Assembly: GCA_963664325.2 (NCBI GenBank)
Contig: CAXXDQ010000008.1
Coordinates: forward strand, 192,001 to 256,000
Source of the DNA: Desulfomonilia bacterium
Lineage (GTDB): Bacteria > Desulfobacterota > Desulfomonilia > UBA1062
Length of the DNA: 64,000 bases
Direction of reading: 5' to 3'
Below the pieces are notes generated by a model. The model worked only from the letters and a program-made list of their open reading frames with translations, did no database searches and was not told the DNA's origin. Shown one piece after another: positions 1 to 7,679 of the stretch. Numbering within the stretch: the stretch's first letter is position 1; every line of letters starts with the position of its first letter. Made by a program: the position numbers and the translations under genes.

Positions 1-2306
1 TCATCGTCAAAGCCGATGCCGTTCAGGATCACGAACCCGCCGCCGTTCAGCGGATCGCCTGCCATGAAAGATTCGGCCAGGTAGTCGAGGGCTGTTCCGT
101 TGATCACGACCCTGGGCTTGCCGACGGCGTTGATAAGTGGACGGCCCGCCGCATTGCCCATGATGTAGGCGGCTCCGCCCTTTGCGCCGTACATGAATGT
201 CTGGCCGACATCACCATAGACCACAAGCTTGCCTTCTTTCATTATCTGGCAGAGCTGGTCCTGGGCGTTGCCATGCACATGGATTTCCATCCCGTCGATG
301 CCGGAAGCCAGATAGTCGCCCGATGAGCCGTAGACGTCTATCCGGACATCTTTTGTAGCCGGGCCGAGTCCGCAGCCTGTGAACCTCTGTCCCCGGTATT
401 TATATACGATGAAGCGCTTCCAGCCGAGTTTGTTGGCCCTGGCGATCATGACGGCATCGCAGTTATCGCCTTCGGGTTCAAATTGTTCGGCATTGATTAC
501 CAGCGTTTTTTCCATTTTACCCGGTGCCCTGAGCTTCTCTCGGGTGGAGAAATCAACCAGGGTGAATGCCGAGGCGGGTTTTTCATTGATCTTTCGCGTT
601 GATGAAAAAATTTCATCCAGGTTTATTTTGATCACATGCTGCACCGAGCTTCTTTTAATGGCCCCGGTGTTGTAGCGGATATCATTCAAAAGAGTCAGGG
701 CCGAGATTGCCGTCTGCTTGAACCCGTCATCCGTTAACGCCATGCCTTTGATGGTCTCCACGGCATACATCAGGCTGTTGGCATCGAATCCAGGAATGCC
801 GTCCCTTATGTACTCGAATATCTTCCGTGCGGCGATTGCACCGTCCTTTTCGGCAGACAGGGCTTTCAGCTGTTTTTCAATTTTCCTGCATTCGCCTGTT
901 TCTTCAATCTTCAAAGAGATGTCGCAAGCCGTTTTGTCCTTAGGGATGATGATTTCCTTGCCGAACTTGTCGGTGCAGACTAACCTTTTATTTTCCGACC
1001 CGTCGTCCGCGTCCTTGAGGCTGAATATAAACGAACCGCCGTCCGTATAGCTGCCGCCCCTCGCGTTCCAGTACTTGTCCGCAATCGGCTTGAAGCGGGG
1101 GTCTTCCCTTTCAAGGGAAATCAGTGTCGCATCGATGGCCTGTTTTTCCGAACAGATGAGGCCGATCTGCACCTCTCCATCCTGCAGCGCGAAAACCTGC
1201 GGACGGAGCATGGCAGTATCGGTAATGCCGATGAGCTGGAACTGCCTGTTCCTCACGTCATTCCTGGCGATGATAAAGAACCACGGACCGTCGGGCGATG
1301 CATTGACGTGATGCGTCTGTATGGCCTTGTAGAGTTCCTGTTTATCCGGGGGCAGCATGTCGAAATCCATCTCGGAAGTTGGGGCCATGGCCTCGATCAG
1401 GTATTCGAGAGGGTACTTGTACACGCGGCTCCACAGGTCGAGGAGCAGCGCCGCTTCCTCGGTGTCCGTCAGGAACAGCGGAAAATAGTTTCTCTGCTTG
1501 AGGTATTCATAAACCGACTGGTAGTTTGCGAAGTCCCCGTTATGCACCAGGGCTTCGTTAAGCGCGCTGAACGGATGGCAGCCGCCAGGATGCCATACGC
1601 GGCCCCGTGTCGGGTAGCGCTGGTGGGCAAGCCAGGCATGGGCTTTGAAGTCATCCAGTTTGTAATACCTGACGACGCTCTCGGCATAGCCGACTATTTT
1701 CAGGATCATCATGTTCCTGCCGTGGGACATTACAAATGCCTTTTTCTCGCCGAGAGAGGCGTAGTACCTGGTGTTTATCCTGAAGCTGTTCTGATAGACG
1801 AATTCGTCTTCGGCATCGCGCCTGTCGAGAGATTTAAAGCCGTTGTCCTTGATGTATTTGTCCAGCACGTCATCTTTGACGCGGACGAAATAGCGCATTA
1901 TATCAGGCGGCCTCACTTCCAGGCCTATGCTTTTATGGTCCTTGAGCGTGTCAAGCTTTTGAGCCTTGTCTATTTTGAAAAACGGCTTGATGAAGTCGTT
2001 TTCAATCTCCTGGGCGACGCTGCTGTCCAGCAGGGCGATATGCAGCATGTAGTCGTCATCCAGGACCTGCCTGGATACGCCCAGGGCCTTGGGTACAAAG
2101 CCTACGGCGCCTATGCCGCCGCCTTTTCCGTTGCCCCTGTTGTGCATCTGCACGGACGGTTCGAAGATGTTTTTCCCGGTGACGGGAATGGAGCTGATGA
2201 ATCCCGTGACACCGCATCCGCCTTCTTCTTCGGTATTCGGGGCGAGTTTCGGAACTTCCCTGCAAATCCCTGTTCGCGACTGTAATATTTTTTCTGCGTT
2301 ATCCAT
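1..2306 (-). CDS. Glutamate synthase subunit: class II (Ntn) glutamine amidotransferase fused to GXGXG domain; runs off left edge
   Basis: Absent from the ORF track because it is edge-truncated. Manual translation from ATG at 2306 (GGAG RBS about 10 nt upstream) gives MDNAEKILQSR...EEEGGCGVTGF...MHNRGNGKGGG. The same frame at the left edge gives GXGXG-type GGGFVILNGIGFDD. The full frame was not checked codon by codon. Confidence 0.85.
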   Translation of the reverse strand, partial: MDNAEKILQSRTGICREVPKLAPNTEEEGGCGVTGFISSIPVTGKNIFEPSVQMHNRGNGKGGGIGAVGFVPKALGVSRQVLDDDYMLHIALLDSSVAQEIENDFIKPFFKIDKAQKLDTLKDHKSIGLEVRPPDIMRYFVRVKDDVLDKYIKDNGFKSLDRRDAEDEFVYQNSFRINTRYYASLGEKKAFVMSHGRNMMILKIVGYAESVVRYYKLDDFKAHAWLAHQRYPTRGRVWHPGGCHPFSALNEALVHNGDFANYQSVYEYLKQRNYFPLFLTDTEEAALLLDLWSRVYKYPLEYLIEAMAPTSEMDFDMLPPDKQELYKAIQTHHVNASPDGPWFFIIARNDVRNRQFQLIGITDTAMLRPQVFALQDGEVQIGLICSEKQAIDATLISLEREDPRFKPIADKYWNARGGSYTDGGSFIFSLKDADDGSENKRLVCTDKFGKEIIIPKDKTACDISLKIEETGECRKIEKQLKALSAEKDGAIAARKIFEYIRDGIPGFDANSLMYAVETIKGMALTDDGFKQTAISALTLLNDIRYNTGAIKRSSVQHVIKINLDEIFSSTRKINEKPASAFTLVDFSTREKLRAPGKMEKTLVINAEQFEPEGDNCDAVMIARANKLGWKRFIVYKYRGQRFTGCGLGPATKDVRIDVYGSSGDYLASGIDGMEIHVHGNAQDQLCQIMKEGKLVVYGDVGQTFMYGAKGGAAYIMGNAAGRPLINAVGKPRVVINGTALDYLAESFMAGDPLNGGGFVILNGIGFDD

Positions 2307-2323
2307 TATATGCATACTCCACT

Positions 2324-3805
2324 TTATTTGCTGTAGTCCAGATGCTCGAGCAGGTCGGTGCGGCCGACCAGTTCGCCGACGCTCTTCATGCCGAATCCCC
2401 TGAGGATGTCGACGAGCTGTTCGTTCCAGGCGTTGTACATGTTGGTAAGGCGCTGTGTCGCCCATTCCTCGTCGAAGAGATCTGCCAGTTCGGAATCCGT
2501 AGAGGCTATGCCACGGGCGCAGCCGCGTCCCGATTCGCAGTTGCCGCAGCGCACGCATTCGAGGGAAACCAGTTCCGCCGTGCCGATGACAGCGCCGTCA
2601 GCCCCAAGGCAGATGGCCTTGGCCAGGTCGTGGGCCGTCCTTATGCCGCCCGAGGCGATCAGCGTCATTGCATCCCTGGCGCCTTCATCCTTCAGGAAAT
2701 TATGGACCTTTGTAATGGCGTACTCGATGGGCATGGCTATATTCTTTTTTGCAATGTCCGGGGCCGCGCCGGTGCCGCCGTACCCGCCGTCGATGTGAAT
2801 GATGTGGGCTCCGGCATAGTATGAGCCGACCGCAACCATGTCCACATCGTTAGGCGTCGAAACCTTGACCGAAACAAGGGCATTCGGGTTCATCTCCTTG
2901 ATCCAGTCGATGTGCTTCTTGTGGTCTTCGATTGAATATACGGAATGGAAGGGGAAAGGCGAGAACAGTGATGTGCCCTGGACGGCCTCACGCATTCTGG
3001 CCACGCTGGCCGTATTCTTTTCTCCGAGCAGATGTCCGCCGAGGCCGGGCTTCGCACCCTGTGCATATTTGAACTCGATAATCTTTACGCGTTGGATCGT
3101 CTCCTCTCGCACGCCGAACAACCCGGTCGCAACCTGGGTGATCACATGGTCGTCATAAGGGTGAAGTATTTCCGGATAGCCTCCTTCGCCTGTACAGGTA
3201 AAGGTGTTCCAGATGGTTGCGTTTCTCGCCTTCGATACCATTGTGGGGAGGCTTACGGAGCCGAACGACATCCCGCCTCCGTAAACGGGAGTTGAGATGA
3301 CTATATCGGCCCTGCCGTCGTTTCTGCGGTTCAGCTTTATGGCCGTTGATATCTCATGCCTGTCAACATCAGGGGGGTCGGAGGGGAATTTGAGGCGCAA
3401 CTTGTCAAAGCCGCCTCCCGAATTTCCCACATTGTATTCAAGGTCATTGCGGTCGGGGGGATAGCCGGTTTCGGCCATAATCCATGTCGCGGTGATTATA
3501 TCCGCTGTCCAGCGGTAGTCTCCGAGTGTTTCATACATGGGATTCAGTGAGAGGCTCAAAGCCTTGCGCGGACATTTTGCTATGCAGCAGAATTTCCTTT
3601 CCTGGCATTCGAAGCCGATACACCTGTAGTCAATCGGGGGCTTTACCTTGTTGTGGCCTTCGATCCTTTCATGGACGCCGAAAGGACAGGTATTGGCGCA
3701 TGTACCGCAGTTGATGCAGGCGTCGGACCTAGTGACCTTATACTTGGGGACATGGTGTTTGAACCTTGAAGGAGTTTCCTTGATTCTGACAGTCGATGGT
3801 TTCAT
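2324..3805 (-). CDS. Glutamate synthase FMN-binding subunit (archaeal GltB2 type) with N-terminal ferredoxin domain
   Basis: CINCGTCANTCP; GGMSFGS; TGEGG; QVATGLFGV; EFKYAQGAKPGLGGHL; VSVKV; IDGGYGGTGAAP; ASGGIR; C-terminal CVRCGNCESGRGC. Confidence 0.92.
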   Translation of the reverse strand: MKPSTVRIKETPSRFKHHVPKYKVTRSDACINCGTCANTCPFGVHERIEGHNKVKPPIDYRCIGFECQERKFCCIAKCPRKALSLSLNPMYETLGDYRWTADIITATWIMAETGYPPDRNDLEYNVGNSGGGFDKLRLKFPSDPPDVDRHEISTAIKLNRRNDGRADIVISTPVYGGGMSFGSVSLPTMVSKARNATIWNTFTCTGEGGYPEILHPYDDHVITQVATGLFGVREETIQRVKIIEFKYAQGAKPGLGGHLLGEKNTASVARMREAVQGTSLFSPFPFHSVYSIEDHKKHIDWIKEMNPNALVSVKVSTPNDVDMVAVGSYYAGAHIIHIDGGYGGTGAAPDIAKKNIAMPIEYAITKVHNFLKDEGARDAMTLIASGGIRTAHDLAKAICLGADGAVIGTAELVSLECVRCGNCESGRGCARGIASTDSELADLFDEEWATQRLTNMYNAWNEQLVDILRGFGMKSVGELVGRTDLLEHLDYSK

Positions 3806-5211
3806 AAGTTCACCGCTTCTTTTTTCTTGAACAGTTTCCCGAAGGTTTCATTGTCGATATCTTCGAAGAATATGGCCCTGCCGGTCTCGCCTCTGAGACG
3901 GCGGGCCTCCCTGATACCCATGGCGCCCATCATCTCGAGAATCTGCGAATGCCAGGCGCCCATAAGATTGACGATTCTCTGTTTTATAACCCTGGCAGAG
4001 ACCTTGTGCAGTCCGGCCGGAAGAACGAGAGGCTTTTCTGAATCCTCATACAGCCTTGCGCCCAGGGCGATGAAGAGGGGAATGTTTATCGCCGTCAGGT
4101 CAGTGCCGCAGATCATGGCCTTTGGCACATGTTCCGCCATGCCTATTCCGCCTGAGGCCATAATGCTTATCTCATCGCGGATTTTCTCTTCCACCAGCCT
4201 TAAGTGAACTGCGCGTATGATATCCTTTATCAGCCGGGGTTTCGAACCCGGTGCGGGATGAACCTCCCTGCCGCGATAGTCCGCAACAATATGGATAATT
4301 TCGGCACCGATATGCGCAAGGCCGGATACGACCGCTTCAACATTATCGGATGCCGGTACGCGGATAATTGTAAGGGCATTGCAGATTTTCCTGATCTTGT
4401 CTTTGACTGATGTAAAACCGGAAAGCATTTTTTCGGTATAGTCTATTTCAACGATCCTCGCTTTTTTCAGGATGGCCTTGTTCGCTTCGATTTGGCCGGC
4501 GGATACAAGCGGGATGATGTTATCGGCATATTTATCGAATTCATCCGTGATATCTTCTGCCGGCATGATGATGCAGGTTCCTATTTCCGAAGCTGCCTTG
4601 ACTATTGAAAGCTTTACGTGGGGATGAAGGTTTTCCGGCAATATGTCAAACACGATCGGGATCGGCAGCGCCAGGGTATCATGAATTTTTGAAAGCAGCC
4701 TTCCTTTGCCGTCAAAGCTGAGATGGTTGAGCTTCCTGCCCAGTTCAACTGCTGTGCTGATATATTCGCGCCCGTGTATGCCGTCCCTTGTGGGCCGTAC
4801 GATCTCGGACATGTCCGTCCACATGCTGTCGAAGCCCTCTCCGGTGAACGGCCCGCGGTAACCTGCACCGGTGACCGGGACCTTGCCATCCTCGGCCTGC
4901 TTCCAGAGGGTTATGAACATATCCGGCTTCCAGAAAGCACCCCCGGTTTTATGATAATCATCCTGTATGGATTTTACCAGTGCGCCGCGCGGGCACTCCT
5001 GGATGCATCTGAAACAGTTTCTGCATACGGAGGTGTGCGGGTCCGCCATTTGACGGGGGTCGTCTTTGCGGCGCTTGTGCGCTTCGTAGATGCACACCTT
5101 GGTGCACTTTCCGCAGTTGATGCAGTTCTCGCCGCGGGTTATGTTGAACTTGAACATATACTCAAGCTCAAGAGGGGTTGCTTTGGTATGAATGTGATAC
5201 TTTTTTGGCAT
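3802..5211 (-). CDS. Glutamate synthase-related protein, 2x[4Fe-4S] plus divergent FMN barrel
   Basis: CINCGKCTKVC, CRNCFRCIQECP, GAGYRGPFTGEGFDSMWTDMSEIVRPTRDG, ASGGI, LRGETGR; 4-nt overlap with the next gene. Confidence 0.8.
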   Translation of the reverse strand: MPKKYHIHTKATPLELEYMFKFNITRGENCINCGKCTKVCIYEAHKRRKDDPRQMADPHTSVCRNCFRCIQECPRGALVKSIQDDYHKTGGAFWKPDMFITLWKQAEDGKVPVTGAGYRGPFTGEGFDSMWTDMSEIVRPTRDGIHGREYISTAVELGRKLNHLSFDGKGRLLSKIHDTLALPIPIVFDILPENLHPHVKLSIVKAASEIGTCIIMPAEDITDEFDKYADNIIPLVSAGQIEANKAILKKARIVEIDYTEKMLSGFTSVKDKIRKICNALTIIRVPASDNVEAVVSGLAHIGAEIIHIVADYRGREVHPAPGSKPRLIKDIIRAVHLRLVEEKIRDEISIMASGGIGMAEHVPKAMICGTDLTAINIPLFIALGARLYEDSEKPLVLPAGLHKVSARVIKQRIVNLMGAWHSQILEMMGAMGIREARRLRGETGRAIFFEDIDNETFGKLFKKKEAVNL

Positions 5212-5375
5212 GATCGTTATCCTTTAATAATAGTGGTGAGTGGCGAAGGATGAGTTAAAAACCGATATGGGACAGGATTGTTATAGAAATCCATCAATAA
5301 GGCATCATATTTTTTCGCGTTTTCTATTTTCATTTAACCCGCCGTATTTGCCTCACTGCCCGATACCAGTCTGAA

Positions 5376-7223
5376 TCAACTGTTCCTTTCCACCATATCC
5401 CAGTAATCCGTGCTTTCGTCGACTTTTTTAAGGAACCCGGCTATCTGTTCTTCGGGCCTGCCGAATTTAAATTCAATGCGCTTTTCAAGCGCTTCCCATA
5501 GTGCCATCAACTCGAGATTGGTCTGGCAGATATCTTCACATGCCTTGCATTTCATGCACATGAATGCCTTGGCGGCCTCTTCCGGAGTAACTTCTTTCCC
5601 GTCAGAGAGCTTCATGGCCAGTGCAATTTTACCTTTTGCAGTGAGGGCTTCGTCCCTGGTGACCAGGTATGCCGGGCATACGGCGATGCAGTTTCCGCAC
5701 TTTGCGCAGGCATGAGTGCTGAGCTCGAGATCAAGTTTGTCAACTTTCATGTTTCTGCCAAAAATCATTATGATGGCCTTGCCGATAATCGGCGAGAAAA
5801 TGGACAGAAGGCTCATGGATATGTTGAAGAACACAGGGTGGAAGAGGCCGGAGGTGATTAAATTTGAATCGATGCTGAAGAATTTGCCCGGATTCAGGAT
5901 ATTCTCGGGGTCGACCCTGTGCTTATATTCCCTCAGGTCGGACTGTTCCTGCCTGCTGAAGAGATAATTGATGAAAGAGGCATTCCAGAGTCCCAGTCCG
6001 TAAGGACGGGCTCCCAGACTTACGGCGGCCTTAGTCAGCAGTGAAACAAGAGGCATGCTGATGAAATATTTCTTGCTTCTTGAATCGCACAGGAATGTGG
6101 ACATGATCAGGGCGGAATGCTTGTCGATGATGTATGAGTCGATGCAGACCTCAACCCCGAAATCGTTGCCGAGCTTTTTCGCTTTCATGGTGAATGCCGC
6201 TGCAGACTTTATCGGCATGATGATTTCGCTGGCGAGTATGGTGGGTCCGAGGCGTTTTGTCTTCATTCCGAACAGGCGTTCATTCCACAGGTAGTTGGCC
6301 ACATAGCTGGGAGCCTCTTCGATACTGGCATTTAATGCCATGAATTTGGAAAAGACCTCGTCGTCCTCGGCGCTTCCGAATTCTATCAGGACGCCCGCCG
6401 TCTTCCTGAAAATGACTGCGTGCACCATCTCATTTATATCGCCAAGGTGGTTTTCATCAACGAAGCGAATAACGTTGGGATTCAAATTCTGAGACTCCAT
6501 GGTGTTTATGAATTCCCTGATAAACGTGAAAGCGTCCTTATCGCCTTTGAAATAGAGAAGGTGGGGATATGTCGCCTGGGGGACGTCACGCAGTTTGATT
6601 GTTGCCTCTGCAATGATGCCGAATTCTCCCTCCGTGGATATGAAATACTTGAAATCTTTGTCGGCAGGGGTCAGCTTTAAAATTTCTCCTTTGCCGGTAA
6701 TTACGGTCATGGACACTATTTGCTTTGATATATGGCCGTACCTGAAGCTGTTGATGCCGTACCCTCCCGTTGATATCCATCCTGCAACCGTAGAGAATTT
6801 GCTCGAAGGGTATGACATCAGACAAAGGCCTTCCTTTTTTGCGGCGATATCGATATCGCTCCATCTGGCGCCGGCTTCGACGGTTACAGTCTTGTCTTTC
6901 GTGTTGAGTTCCAGGATTTTTCTGAAGGGGGAAAGGTCAACAACTATACCTGCTTTTGTCGGGATAACGCCGCCGAATCCCCAGGATGCAGCACCTCTGG
7001 CTATTACAGGAATTTTTTTGTCATTTGCGAATCTGAGGACCTTCTGGATCTCTTCCTGAGTTTTGGGCTGTACGACAAAAGTGGGCATTGTCTTGAAAAA
7101 TGATTTTATCATGATAGGGGGTACATCGCCGATATCATGACTGTACATCTCCAATTCTTCAGCTTTGTCTAATACCCTGATATCGCTTTCAATCCGTCTG
7201 AATTCTTCTGCCAATGTCTTCAT
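5376..7223 (-). CDS. FAD-binding (PCMH/GlcD-like) oxidoreductase with C-terminal 2x[4Fe-4S] domain
   Basis: VVQPKT..E, ARGAASWGFGG, VTVEAGA, STVAGWISTGG, TEGEFGII, DPENILNPGK; CAKCGNCIAVCP and CMKCKACEDIC. Confidence 0.85.
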   Translation of the reverse strand: MKTLAEEFRRIESDIRVLDKAEELEMYSHDIGDVPPIMIKSFFKTMPTFVVQPKTQEEIQKVLRFANDKKIPVIARGAASWGFGGVIPTKAGIVVDLSPFRKILELNTKDKTVTVEAGARWSDIDIAAKKEGLCLMSYPSSKFSTVAGWISTGGYGINSFRYGHISKQIVSMTVITGKGEILKLTPADKDFKYFISTEGEFGIIAEATIKLRDVPQATYPHLLYFKGDKDAFTFIREFINTMESQNLNPNVIRFVDENHLGDINEMVHAVIFRKTAGVLIEFGSAEDDEVFSKFMALNASIEEAPSYVANYLWNERLFGMKTKRLGPTILASEIIMPIKSAAAFTMKAKKLGNDFGVEVCIDSYIIDKHSALIMSTFLCDSRSKKYFISMPLVSLLTKAAVSLGARPYGLGLWNASFINYLFSRQEQSDLREYKHRVDPENILNPGKFFSIDSNLITSGLFHPVFFNISMSLLSIFSPIIGKAIIMIFGRNMKVDKLDLELSTHACAKCGNCIAVCPAYLVTRDEALTAKGKIALAMKLSDGKEVTPEEAAKAFMCMKCKACEDICQTNLELMALWEALEKRIEFKFGRPEEQIAGFLKKVDESTDYWDMVERNS

Positions 7224-7314
7224 AATTTTCAGTTCTCTTTCAATCGCTTTGGTTTCATGGCTATAATACCATTTGTTTTAATATTCTATATAAGCAAAAC
7301 ATTCAATTTTATTG

Positions 7315-7330
7315 AGCAAGATATATGCCA
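7315..7330 (-). promoter_or_regulatory. Sigma-54 (-24/-12) promoter for the glutamate synthase operon
   Basis: Minus strand TGGCATATATCTTGCT = GG-N10-GC, about 90 nt upstream of the ATG at 7223. Confidence 0.75.
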
Positions 7331-7459
7331 GAGAAGATTACTAATATATAACGGCATCCTGTTATATGTATGCCTTTGGATCAGGGCTGCAATATGAAGT
7401 CAAGCCCGTATTCAATGCAGGTTTAAGATCTGAAATACATAAATGAACCATCATAATTA

Positions 7460-7497
7460 ATGAAACAATATTGTGGTAAAGTACAATAATGTTTCAT
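7460..7497. promoter_or_regulatory. Inverted-repeat operator/enhancer (putative activator site)
   Basis: ATGAAACAATATTGT-N8-ACAATAATGTTTCAT (15-bp arms, 1 mismatch), about 130 bp upstream of the sigma-54 promoter; half-site recurs at 16162. Confidence 0.6.
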
Positions 7498-7679
7498 AGC
7501 TTTCCGCTTGTATGACAGTTAAGAATAATCAGAAGAACAGCTGCCATATAATTATATAATAAACCGCTTCAGGCATTCAGCAAACATTTTAATCTTGCCG
7601 CCTGCCGCCAAACACATCTGATGGGCTTTATGGTATATTTATTGTATTATAATTATCAATTAATGCAAGAGGTGGACAG

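Noticed and set aside
379-2285. Plus-strand ORFs including 1308-2285 (325 aa)
   Set aside because: Antisense shadows of the edge-truncated glutamate synthase gene; no motifs.
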